A model generated the notes under the pieces. That model had not been told where the DNA came from, ran no database searches, and saw only the letters and a list, made by a program, of their open reading frames with translations. Shown one piece after another: positions 16,179-25,004 of a DNA stretch of 36,681 bases (position 1 is its first letter; each line of letters starts with the position of its first letter). The position numbers and the translations under genes are program-made. Source of the stretch: Kiritimatiellia bacterium (GTDB lineage: Bacteria; Verrucomicrobiota; Kiritimatiellia; RFP12; UBA1067); NCBI GenBank assembly GCA_017508315.1, contig JAFVZE010000299.1, forward strand, positions 1 to 36,681, written 5' to 3'.

Positions 16179-17447
16179 ATGAAACTGATTGACGAACTGA
16201 AGGCGCGCGGACTTGTCGAGGCGCTTACCGATCCTGAAATCGAAAAGGCTCTTGAAAAGCCGATCACCGTGTATTGCGGATTCGATCCGTCCGCCCGTTC
16301 GCTGCAGGCGGGGAATCTGGTGTCCATCATGGTGCTGCGCCGTTTCCAGCAGGCCGGGCACAAGGTCATCGCCCTTGTCGGCGGCGCCACCGGACTTATC
16401 GGCGACCCCTCCGGCAAATCGGCCGAGCGCAACATGCTCACGGTCGAACAGGTCGAGCAGAACAAGCGCGGCATCCGCGACAATCTTGCGCGCATCCTCG
16501 ATTTCGACGGCCCCAACGCCGCGATCATGGTCGACAACTACGACTGGTACAAGGCGACGAGCGCCATCGAATTCCTGCGCGACATCGCCATCAATTTCCG
16601 GGTGCCGCAGATGCTCGCCAAGGAGTCGGTCAAGAAACGGCTCGAAGCTTCCGAAGGCGCGTTGACCTTCACCGAATTTTCCTATCAGATTCTGCAGGGC
16701 AACGATTTCCTGCATCTTTTCGACAATTACGGCTGCCGGCTCGAGGTGGGCGGTGCCGATCAGTGGGGCAACATCACCGCCGGCACCGATCTCGTGCACC
16801 GCATGCGCGGAAAGACGGCCTACGGGCTTACGTTCCCGCTGCTTCTGGATTCCGCCGGACGCAAATTCGGCAAATCCGAGGGCAATGCGCTTTTCATGAA
16901 CGCCGAAATGACGAGCGTTTTCGACTGGTACCAGTATTTTCTGCGTGCCGCCGACGAGGACGCCGTCCGCTATCTGAAGGTGTTTTCCATGAAGTCGCTC
17001 GAAGAGATCGCCGAACTTGAAGCCCGGATGAAGGCGAATCCCGAAGCGCGCCTTCCGCAGAAGGCGCTCGCCGAGGAACTGACTCTGCTCGTGCACGGCG
17101 AAGAGGGTCTTCGCAAGGCGCAGGAGTCGACCGCCGCGCTTTTCGGCGGCGGTTCCGGCGGCGGCCCCAAGAGCGCGGCCGATCTTGAGCGGATCTTCGC
17201 CAATGTTCCGAACGCGGAGCTGGAGAAGTCGGAAGTCGTCGGCAAGAGCGTGTTCGCGGTCGCGGCGGCGGCGGGGATGTTCAAATCCAACGGTGAGGCT
17301 CGCCGGATGGCGGCGCAGGGAGGCTTGAATCTCAACGACGCCAAGATCGACGAGAAGCGCGTTTTCGGCGAGGACGATCTGGTCGACGGCAAAGTCGCGC
17401 TTCTGCGCAGCGGCAAGCGCAATCACTTCCTGCTGAAAATCAAGTGA
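16179..17447 (+). CDS. tyrS: Tyrosine--tRNA ligase (atypical HIGH motif)
   Basis: Near-collinear by eye with E. coli TyrRS: VYCGFDP, RFQQAGHK, ALVGGATGLIGDPSGK, FTEFSYQILQGNDF, GGADQWGNITAG, KFGKS, and a C-terminal S4-like domain. Confidence 0.92.
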   Translation: MKLIDELKARGLVEALTDPEIEKALEKPITVYCGFDPSARSLQAGNLVSIMVLRRFQQAGHKVIALVGGATGLIGDPSGKSAERNMLTVEQVEQNKRGIRDNLARILDFDGPNAAIMVDNYDWYKATSAIEFLRDIAINFRVPQMLAKESVKKRLEASEGALTFTEFSYQILQGNDFLHLFDNYGCRLEVGGADQWGNITAGTDLVHRMRGKTAYGLTFPLLLDSAGRKFGKSEGNALFMNAEMTSVFDWYQYFLRAADEDAVRYLKVFSMKSLEEIAELEARMKANPEARLPQKALAEELTLLVHGEEGLRKAQESTAALFGGGSGGGPKSAADLERIFANVPNAELEKSEVVGKSVFAVAAAAGMFKSNGEARRMAAQGGLNLNDAKIDEKRVFGEDDLVDGKVALLRSGKRNHFLLKIK

Positions 17448-18559
17448 AGATAATAGAACGATACGTTTTCGGTTCTTTTCTCTCGAGTTCCCTGCTCGCG
17501 TTCCTGGTGCTCAGTTTCGTGCTCACCATCGGGCTTCTGGTGCAGATCGTCGGCTACATCCTCGACGGCGTTCCCATGTCGCTCGTCGGGGAGTTCTGCG
17601 CCGTGAGCCTGCCGGAGACGCTGCAGTGGTCGATGCCGCTGGCGCTTTTGGTCAGTGCGGTTCTTGTGTTCTCGCGCCTGTCTGCCGACAGCGAGATCTC
17701 GGCGATGAGGGCTTGCGGAATCGATCTCGTTTCGATTCTCAAATGGCCCGCGCTTTTGGGACTCGTCTGCACGCTTGCGGGAGTTTTCATCAACAACGAG
17801 ATCGTTCCCCGCGGTCACGAGGTCCGCCGCAGTCTCAAGGCCAAGGTTTCGGTCGGGACCGGTCTCGAACTGCTCGAGCCCGGACGGGTCATCGACGATT
17901 TCCCGAAGGTGAAAATCTATTTCGGATCCAAGGAGGGCAATTGGCTGCACGATCTTGTCGTCATCGATTATTCCAACCCCAAGATTGACCGGATGATCAC
18001 CGCCTCCAAGGCGCTCGTGGTTCAGGAGGGGTGCGATGTCGCTCTTGACCTGTATCAGATGACAGTCGATCCCGTCGACGAGAACCACCCCACGATGGCC
18101 AGAGCCAACCGATTCCGTTATTGCATCAGGGATGCGATCAAGGAGTCCAAATATTCCAAGAAGACCAAGGATCTGCGCACCTTCGAACTGCTCGGAAGCA
18201 TTGACGACATGGAGCGGATGGTCGACCGCATTCCCAAAAACGCCGGCACCGAAAAACAGATCAAAAACCTGAGGCAGGAGATCTCCAGATCAAAAGTCGA
18301 ATTTTCCAAACGCATGGTATTTGCCCTGGCGTCGCTGTGTTTCGTGCTTGTCGGCGTGCCGCTCGGCATCAAAGCCCAGCGCAAAGAGAGTTCGGTCGGC
18401 ATGGCCATTTCGCTCTGTATCGCGCTCGGCTACTACATGATTGTCATGCTCATGCTCAGCATGCACAAAAATTACGCCGTCCATCCCCATCTGATGATAT
18501 TTCTGCCGGTGGTGTTCTGCATGTTCGCGGCGGCGTATCTGATCCGCAAACATCTTTGA
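17444..18559 (+). CDS. LptF/LptG-family LPS export permease
   Basis: MKIIERYVFGSFL start typical of the YjgP/YjgQ family, with TM helices flanking a periplasmic domain. The GTG start overlaps the tyrS stop (GTGA). Confidence 0.8.
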   Translation: MKIIERYVFGSFLSSSLLAFLVLSFVLTIGLLVQIVGYILDGVPMSLVGEFCAVSLPETLQWSMPLALLVSAVLVFSRLSADSEISAMRACGIDLVSILKWPALLGLVCTLAGVFINNEIVPRGHEVRRSLKAKVSVGTGLELLEPGRVIDDFPKVKIYFGSKEGNWLHDLVVIDYSNPKIDRMITASKALVVQEGCDVALDLYQMTVDPVDENHPTMARANRFRYCIRDAIKESKYSKKTKDLRTFELLGSIDDMERMVDRIPKNAGTEKQIKNLRQEISRSKVEFSKRMVFALASLCFVLVGVPLGIKAQRKESSVGMAISLCIALGYYMIVMLMLSMHKNYAVHPHLMIFLPVVFCMFAAAYLIRKHL

Positions 18560-18578
18560 CGCAAAAGGGGTTAATGCA

Positions 18579-19358
18579 ATGGCCAAAATCCATCCTACCG
18601 CGATTGTTGAAGACGGCGCTGAACTCGGCGCCGATGTTGAAATCGGTCCGTACGCGCACATCGGACCGAACGTGTCGCTCGGCGACGGCGTGAGCGTCGC
18701 CCAGGGAGCGATAATCGACGGTCACACCACCGTCGGCGCACGGTGCCAGATATTCCCTTATGCGCTTATCGGAATGAAGACGCAGGATCTGAAGTACCGC
18801 GAAGGGTCGGTAAGCTATGTCGAGATCGGCGAACGCACGGTGATCCGCGAATTCGCCACCATCCATCTCGGCACCGCCGACGGCGAAAAGACGGTGATCG
18901 GCGACGACTGCCTTTTCATGGCCTACTGCCACGCCGCGCACGGCGTCATCCTCGGCAATCACGTGATCTGCTCGAATTCGGTGCAGCTCGCCGGCGACGT
19001 GCATCTCCAGGATTACGCGATCGTCGGCGGGTGTTCGGCTTCGCACCAGTTCTGCACCGTCGGCAAGCACGCGATGGTCGGCGGCATGACGAAGATCCGC
19101 CAGGACGTTCCGCCGTTCATGCTCTGCGACATGGTAGAGGGCGCGATGAAGGTGATCGGCGTCAACGTCGTGGGGCTGACCCGCCGCGGATTTCCGAAGG
19201 ACACCATTCTCGCGCTCAAGGACGCCCACCGCTTCATCTACCGCGAACACCTCAACCGTTCGCAGGCGCTCGAGCGCGTCGAGCACGATGTCGAGCCGGT
19301 TCCGGAAATCGCCGAACTCGTGGCTTTCTACCGCAATTCCCAGCGGGGGGTGGCGTGA
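18579..19358 (+). CDS. lpxA: Acyl-ACP--UDP-N-acetylglucosamine O-acyltransferase
   Basis: MAKIHPTAIVEDGAELGADVEIGPYAHIG hexapeptide repeats and an LpxA-type C-terminal helical domain. Confidence 0.9.
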   Translation: MAKIHPTAIVEDGAELGADVEIGPYAHIGPNVSLGDGVSVAQGAIIDGHTTVGARCQIFPYALIGMKTQDLKYREGSVSYVEIGERTVIREFATIHLGTADGEKTVIGDDCLFMAYCHAAHGVILGNHVICSNSVQLAGDVHLQDYAIVGGCSASHQFCTVGKHAMVGGMTKIRQDVPPFMLCDMVEGAMKVIGVNVVGLTRRGFPKDTILALKDAHRFIYREHLNRSQALERVEHDVEPVPEIAELVAFYRNSQRGVA

Positions 19359-20458
19359 TCGACTTCAACGGAGCGGTTTTCGATTCCCGCAAGGTTCGTC
19401 CGGGAATGCTTTTCATCGCGCTCAAAGGCGAGCGTGCCGACGGACATGATTACATCGGGCAGGCGCTGTCCAACGGAGCGGTCGGTGTCGTCGACGGAAC
19501 GGAGGAACTCGCGCGCGCGGCGAACGAATACCGCCGGACGCTCAAAGCCAAGGTGATAGGAGTGACCGGTTCCGCGGGCAAGACCACGACCAAAGAACTG
19601 CTCAGGGCTTTTCTGTCGGCGGCCGGGAAAGTGCACGCGACCGAAGGCAACTACAACAACCACATCGGCTTGCCGTACACCATTCTCAACTGTCCGGGCG
19701 ACGCCGATTTTTTAGTGGTGGAGATGGGGACCAGCCATCCCGGCGAGATCAAGGCGCTCTGCGACATCGCCGAGCCGGACATCGGCGTGGTTACGAACGT
19801 CGGCTCCGCGCATCTGGAATTTTTCGGCACCCGCGAAGCGATCGCGCGGGAGAAGGGCGAGCTTCTGCGCCGGGCGAAAACGGGATTTTCCCTCAAGGAA
19901 AACGTGTTTCTTCCCGGAGAGGTCGAAGCCTGCCCCCCGCGGCTCGAAACGGCGCTCGCCCGTGTGCTGCCGGGAGCGCACAACCTCGCCAACGCTTCGC
20001 TCGCGTACGCCGTCGCAAAAGGTTTCGGCGTGGGCGAAGAGCGGGCGGTCGAGGCGCTGGAGTCGTTCGCGCTGCCGGGTTCGCGCTGGCGCCGGACGGA
20101 AAAGTGGGGCGCCACTTTCATCGACGACAGCTACAACGCCAACCCGGAGTCGATGAAAGCGGCGATCGACGCGTTCGCGGCAATGCCCTGCCGGGGGCGC
20201 AGAATCGCGGTTCTCGGCGATATGTTCGAACTTGGGGAAAACGCGCAGGAACTCCACCGCGAGGTGTTCGGTCATGCGATGAAGCAGGGTTTTCATCTTG
20301 TCATCGGCGTGGGGGAGATGTCTTCGAAATGCATCTGCAATCTTGCGTATCCGGAGATCGGAAAACTCAAGCGGAAGTTCCGTGTCGATGTCTCGGCCGG
20401 GGATCTGGTGCTCCTGAAGGCGTCGCATTCGATGAATCTTGGCGAACTTTTGCTATAA
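19355..20458 (+). CDS. murF: UDP-N-acetylmuramoyl-tripeptide--D-alanyl-D-alanine ligase (compact form)
   Basis: DSRKVRPGMLFIALKGERADGHDY, GVTGSAGKTTTKE, GNYNNHIGLP and DDSYNANPESM motifs. The GTG start overlaps the lpxA stop. Confidence 0.88.
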   Translation: MIDFNGAVFDSRKVRPGMLFIALKGERADGHDYIGQALSNGAVGVVDGTEELARAANEYRRTLKAKVIGVTGSAGKTTTKELLRAFLSAAGKVHATEGNYNNHIGLPYTILNCPGDADFLVVEMGTSHPGEIKALCDIAEPDIGVVTNVGSAHLEFFGTREAIAREKGELLRRAKTGFSLKENVFLPGEVEACPPRLETALARVLPGAHNLANASLAYAVAKGFGVGEERAVEALESFALPGSRWRRTEKWGATFIDDSYNANPESMKAAIDAFAAMPCRGRRIAVLGDMFELGENAQELHREVFGHAMKQGFHLVIGVGEMSSKCICNLAYPEIGKLKRKFRVDVSAGDLVLLKASHSMNLGELLL

Positions 20459-20459
20459 T
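20451..20459 (+). promoter_or_regulatory. Extended -10 box TGCTATAAT overlapping the murF stop
   Basis: Exact TGnTATAAT, 13 nt upstream of GTG 20473. Confidence 0.35.
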
Positions 20460-20472
20460 ACGCATACGTCTC

Positions 20473-20751
20473 GTGATTTACAAATACCTATATCAAGATC
20501 GCAAAAACCGCAACCAGGAGGGGGAGATACGCGCCCGTTCCCGGGATGAGGCCTATACGCTTCTGCGCAAGCGGGGGATCCGGCCCTACCGCGTGATCGG
20601 CGACGATCCGTGGAACTGGCGGCCGCTGGCGATTTCGATAGGGTATGTGCTGCTGTCGAGCGCGCTGGTGGTGCTCGGCATCATCGCGCTGTCGCAGGCG
20701 CGGGAACTGAAAGAACTGCAAAGAGAACGCGCCTGGCTGGAATCGGAATGA
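20473..20751 (+). CDS. Small single-pass membrane protein with a GspF/PilC-N-terminus-like segment
   Basis: GTG start inferred; the in-frame upstream part overlaps murF. YKYLYQDRKNRNQEGEIRARSRDEAYTLLRKRGIRP, then TM helix LAISIGYVLLSSALVVLGIIAL, then a charged tail. The stop overlaps ATG 20748. Confidence 0.45.
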   Translation: MIYKYLYQDRKNRNQEGEIRARSRDEAYTLLRKRGIRPYRVIGDDPWNWRPLAISIGYVLLSSALVVLGIIALSQARELKELQRERAWLESE

Positions 20752-20786
20752 AGCAGTCCGGGACGCGGCAGAAAAAAGGGAATGCT

Positions 20787-22550
20787 ATGAAACTCGATCC
20801 GACGAAGATGAAGGACTGGCAGATAGCCGAAGCCGCGGAAGAGACGCTGCGCCCGGTCAGGGAACTGGCCGCGGAGCTGGGACTTGCCGAGGACGAATGG
20901 CAGGCTTACGGCGACGCGCTCGCGAAGGTGGACGTCACCAAGGTGCTGAAACGCGTCGGTACGGGTCGCGGAGGCAAATACATCGATGTCACCGCCATCA
21001 CCCCGACGGCGCTCGGAGAAGGCAAGACCACGACCACGCTCGGTCTCGTGCAGGGATTGGGCAGGCTCGGCAAAAAGGTGATCGGCTGCGTCCGTCAGCC
21101 CTCGGGCGGCCCGACCTTCAACATCAAAGGCTCCGCCGCGGGCGGAGGTCTCGCGCAGGTGGTGCCGCTCACTTCGCTTTCGCTCGGGCTCACCGGCGAT
21201 ATCGACGCGATCACCAACGCCAACAATCTGGCGATGGTCGCGCTCAACTCCCGGATGCAGCACGAGCGCAACCACGACGATGCGTGGCTCGCCGAGCGCG
21301 GACTCAAGCGTCTGGATATCGACCCCGGACGCATCCAGTTCCGCTGGGCGATGGATTTCTGCGCCCAGGGGTTGCGCAGCATCGAAATCGGGCGCGGCGG
21401 AAAACTTGACGGTTTCAACTGCGAAAGCGGCTTCTACATCACGGTCGCCTCGGAGGTGATGGCCATTCTCGCCATGAGCGCCGATCTCGCCGATCTGCGC
21501 AGACGCCTCTCGAAGATCGTCGTGGCCTATTCCAAGTCCGGCGATCCCGTCACCGCCGCGGATCTCGAGGTCGACGGTGCGATGTGCGCGCTTCTGGTCA
21601 ACGCCATCAAGCCCACGCTCATGCAGTCGCTCGAAGGTCAGCCGATGTTCGTCCACGCCGGTCCTTTCGCCAACATCGCCATCGGACAGAATTCCGTCGT
21701 CGCCGACAGGCTCGCATGCGCTCTCGGCGATTACGTGGTGACCGAGTCCGGCTTCGCCTCCGACATGGGCTACGAGAAGTTCTGGAACATCAAGTGCCGC
21801 TGCTCCGGACTCAAGCCGGATGCGGTCGTGCTCGTCGCCACGGTGAGGGCGCTCAAGGCCCACGGCGGCGCGCCGGCGGTGAAGGCCGGGCTGCCGCTCG
21901 ATCCGGTTTATACGACCGAGAATCTGGAGCTGCTGGAGAAGGGCTGCGACAATCTTCTGGCGCACATCGACATCATCCGCCGCTCCGGCGTCCAGCCGGT
22001 GGTGTGCCTGAACGCATTTTACACCGACACTCCCGCCGAGCGCGATCTCGTGCGCCGCATCGCCGAAGAGGCCGGCGCGTCCTTCGCGGTTTCCGACCAC
22101 TGGCTCAAGGGCGGCGAGGGTGCGCTCGAACTTGCCGAGGCGGTCGTGAAGGCGTGCGAAGAATCGAACGGTTTTTCGTATCTCTGCGATCTGAACGAGC
22201 CGCTTAAAGACCGTATCGAAAAGCAGGTGAAGGAGGTCTACGGCGGCGACGGCGTCGATTACGAGCCGCTCGCGCTGGAGAAGCTTGAAGCGTATCAGGC
22301 GGATGCGGAAACCGCGGCGCTGCCGATTTGCATCGCCAAGACGCAATATTCGCTTTCCCACGATCCGAAACTTCTCGGACGTCCCAGGGGCTGGCGCATG
22401 CCGGTTAAAGACGTGCTCGTCTACCGCGGCGCCGGACTGCTGGTGCCGGTGGCCGGCGAGATCAAACTCATGCCCGGAACGTCGGCGTCGCCCGCCTACC
22501 GCCGAATCGACGTCGATGTCGAAACCGGAAAAGTCAAAGGACTCTTCTAA
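20787..22550 (+). CDS. fhs: Formate--tetrahydrofolate ligase
   Basis: VTAITPTALGEGKTTTT P-loop and long collinear Fhs-type sequence. ATG 20748 (ATGA overlap) is an alternative start. Confidence 0.9.
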   Translation: MKLDPTKMKDWQIAEAAEETLRPVRELAAELGLAEDEWQAYGDALAKVDVTKVLKRVGTGRGGKYIDVTAITPTALGEGKTTTTLGLVQGLGRLGKKVIGCVRQPSGGPTFNIKGSAAGGGLAQVVPLTSLSLGLTGDIDAITNANNLAMVALNSRMQHERNHDDAWLAERGLKRLDIDPGRIQFRWAMDFCAQGLRSIEIGRGGKLDGFNCESGFYITVASEVMAILAMSADLADLRRRLSKIVVAYSKSGDPVTAADLEVDGAMCALLVNAIKPTLMQSLEGQPMFVHAGPFANIAIGQNSVVADRLACALGDYVVTESGFASDMGYEKFWNIKCRCSGLKPDAVVLVATVRALKAHGGAPAVKAGLPLDPVYTTENLELLEKGCDNLLAHIDIIRRSGVQPVVCLNAFYTDTPAERDLVRRIAEEAGASFAVSDHWLKGGEGALELAEAVVKACEESNGFSYLCDLNEPLKDRIEKQVKEVYGGDGVDYEPLALEKLEAYQADAETAALPICIAKTQYSLSHDPKLLGRPRGWRMPVKDVLVYRGAGLLVPVAGEIKLMPGTSASPAYRRIDVDVETGKVKGLF

Positions 22551-23353
22551 TGAAAAGAAAAATCGTTCTCGTCGTCTCCCTGGCGGCCGGGCTGCTGGCC
22601 GCGGTGCTGACGCGCGTGTGCATCTCCGCCAAGGACGCGGAGGTGAAGGCGCTCAAAGACTCCATCAACCGGCGGTACGGAACGATGGAGGTTCTGTGCT
22701 TCGCGCGCGAAATCCCTTCGGGGAGCGAGCTCGCCAAATCCGACCTCGGGCTGAAGACGGTGCCGGCCGTCGGCATGCGCGGACAGGCGCTGACGGCCGA
22801 GAACGTCGCCGACGTGGTCGGGCGCAGGGTGCTTATCGGGCATAAGCGCGGGGATGTCGTGTTCTGGTCCGATATCGAAGGCGGCGATCCGTCCGCGACC
22901 GGACTTTCCGCCGACGTCAAGCGCCAGATGCGGGCGGTTTCGATCAACTGCACGGGGGCGGCGAGCGTTTCTTCGATGGTGCGTCCCAACGACCACGTCG
23001 ACGTCATCGGCACTTTCGATTTCGAAGGCGCCGGCGGCCGCCGCAATTTCGTGACCTGCACCATTCTGCAGAACGTGCTGGTGCTCGCCACCGGTTCCGA
23101 AACCGCGAAGTCGCGTCTGCGTTCGCAGGGGATCAGCCGCGCCTACTCCACGGTCACGCTCGAAGTGACCCCGCGCGAGGCGGAAATGCTCGCGTTCGCC
23201 GAGCAGATCAAGGGGCGGCTGGTGCTCACCCTGCGCAACCGCAACGACACTTCCTACGAGAAGGAGCTCCCCAAGGTCGATTTCGAGAAAATCCGCGGGG
23301 AGATCGAAGAGTTGAACCTCAAACGCCAGACCCAGAAACTGACGAACCGCTGA
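22550..23353 (+). CDS. cpaB: Flp/Tad pilus assembly protein CpaB/RcpC-like
   Basis: N-terminal TM helix, a SAF-like segment (IPSGSELAKSDL...GDVVFWSDI), then the CpaB/RcpC region (VSINC...VRPNDHVDVIGTF...VLVLATG...VTLEVTPREAEMLAFA). Confidence 0.75.
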   Translation: MKRKIVLVVSLAAGLLAAVLTRVCISAKDAEVKALKDSINRRYGTMEVLCFAREIPSGSELAKSDLGLKTVPAVGMRGQALTAENVADVVGRRVLIGHKRGDVVFWSDIEGGDPSATGLSADVKRQMRAVSINCTGAASVSSMVRPNDHVDVIGTFDFEGAGGRRNFVTCTILQNVLVLATGSETAKSRLRSQGISRAYSTVTLEVTPREAEMLAFAEQIKGRLVLTLRNRNDTSYEKELPKVDFEKIRGEIEELNLKRQTQKLTNR

Positions 23354-23354
23354 T

Positions 23355-25004
23355 ATGATTCTGACCTCGCTCATCGACGGCAATCGCGAAACCCGGGAGC
23401 TCGAAGACGGAGCCTATCTGATCGGGCGGGCGGAAAACTGCCGGATATGTTTTCCGTTTCCGGACGTCAGCGAGCGCCATGCCATTCTGACCGTCCGCGA
23501 CGGCCGTGCCCTGCTTGAAGATCTGCACAGCGCCAACGGCACGTTCGTCAACGGCGAACGGATCGATTCCGCCTGCAGGCTCGACGGTTCGATGGTGGTG
23601 CAGATCGGCTCGGGGATGTTCCGCGTGAGCGAAAGCGCGCCCGAGGCCGTTGATGAAGAGGCCGCGGAGCCGGAAGACGTTCCGGAAAATACGCCCGGGG
23701 ACGCTCCGGACGAAACGGCCGATCCGCTCAGAAATCTCCGGCGCAACGTCCAGACGCAGATCCAGATGGAACTTCTCAAGCGTATGGACATGAAGAAGCT
23801 CACCGTTCAGGGCGTGGACCGGGAAGGTCTGGAGGAAAACGCCCGCGACAGGATACGGCAGATCATCGACGAGGTCGTCGCCAACGGACGGCTTCCGCAC
23901 GGGATCGATCCCATCCGGCTGGAAGAGGATGTGTTCAACGAAGCCATGCGTCTGGGACCGCTGGAGGAACTGCTCGCCGATGATTCGGTCTCGGAAATAA
24001 TGGTCAACGGGCCGGAGAAGGTGTATGTCGAGCGCAACGGCAAACTGCTGCTTTCCGACTGCCAGTTCGCCGACGACGCGAGCGTGATGGCGGTGATCGA
24101 ACGCATCGTCTCGCCGCTCGGCCGGCGCATCGACGAATCGCAGCCGTATGTGGACGCGCGGCTTTCGGACGGCAGCCGCGTCAACGCGATTATCGCTCCG
24201 CTCGCGCTTTCCGGTCCTACGGTCACCATCCGCAAGTTCGCCAGAAAAGCGCTCACGCCGGTCGACTTCATCCGTTACGGCACCTGGACGAAGGGAGCGG
24301 CGGAGTTCATGCGGCTTTGCGTCGTTCTGCGCAAGAACGTGATCGTCGCCGGCGGAACCGGCTCGGGCAAAACGACGCTCCTGAATCTGCTTTCGGGTTT
24401 CATCCCCCCGGCGGAACGCATCGTCACGGTCGAGGACGCCGCGGAACTGCGTCTTCAGCAGCCGCATGTCGTCAGGTTGGAGGCGCGTCCGCCCAACATT
24501 GAAGGCAAGGGAGCCGTCCCTATCCGCGACCTCGTGAAAAACTGCCTGCGGATGCGCCCGGACCGCATCATCGTCGGCGAATGCCGCGGCGGCGAGGCGC
24601 TCGACATGCTTCAGGCGATGAACACCGGACACGACGGTTCGCTCACGACGGTTCACGCCAATTCGCCGCGCGATGTCATCTCGCGTCTGGAGACGATGGT
24701 GCTCATGAGCGGCATGGAGCTCCCGAGCCGCGCCATCCGCGAACAGATCGCCTCCGCCGTCGACATCATCATCCACGAATCGCGCATGTCCGACGGTTCG
24801 CGCAAAGTGACGTCGATAACCGAGGTGACAGGGCTTGAAGGCAGCCAGATCGTCATGCAGGAGATTTTCGCTTTCAAGCAGTCCGGTGTCGACGGGAACG
24901 GCAAGATCATCGGCGAAATGAAGCCGACGGGTTCGGTGCCGACATGGATCGACCAGCTCAAGAGCCGCGGCATAGAATTCGACATGGGGGTGTTTTCCGA
25001 ATGA
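23355..25004 (+). CDS. cpaF: CpaF/TadA-family secretion ATPase with an N-terminal FHA domain
   Basis: FHA motifs (GR...SERHA...NGTFVNG) at the N-terminus, then an acidic linker. Walker [13 protein letters not shown] and [33 protein letters not shown]. Confidence 0.88.
   Translation: MILTSLIDGNRETRELEDGAYLIGRAENCRICFPFPDVSERHAILTVRDGRALLEDLHSANGTFVNGERIDSACRLDGSMVVQIGSGMFRVSESAPEAVDEEAAEPEDVPENTPGDAPDETADPLRNLRRNVQTQIQMELLKRMDMKKLTVQGVDREGLEENARDRIRQIIDEVVANGRLPHGIDPIRLEEDVFNEAMRLGPLEELLADDSVSEIMVNGPEKVYVERNGKLLLSDCQFADDASVMAVIERIVSPLGRRIDESQPYVDARLSDGSRVNAIIAPLALSGPTVTIRKFARKALTPVDFIRYGTWTKGAAEFMRLCVVLRKNVIVAGGTGSGKTTLLNLLSGFIPPAERIVTVEDAAELRLQQPHVVRLEARPPNIEGKGAVPIRDLVKNCLRMRPDRIIVGECRGGEALDMLQAMNTGHDGSLTTVHANSPRDVISRLETMVLMSGMELPSRAIREQIASAVDIIIHESRMSDGSRKVTSITEVTGLEGSQIVMQEIFAFKQSGVDGNGKIIGEMKPTGSVPTWIDQLKSRGIEFDMGVFSE

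Noticed and set aside
20329-20472. Upstream ATG 20329 as the start of the small membrane protein (140-aa version)
   Set aside because: It would overlap the last ~130 nt of murF and add an Arg/Cys/Gly-rich N-terminus with no features. GTG 20473, just after a TGCTATAAT box, is more plausible, but the start remains uncertain.
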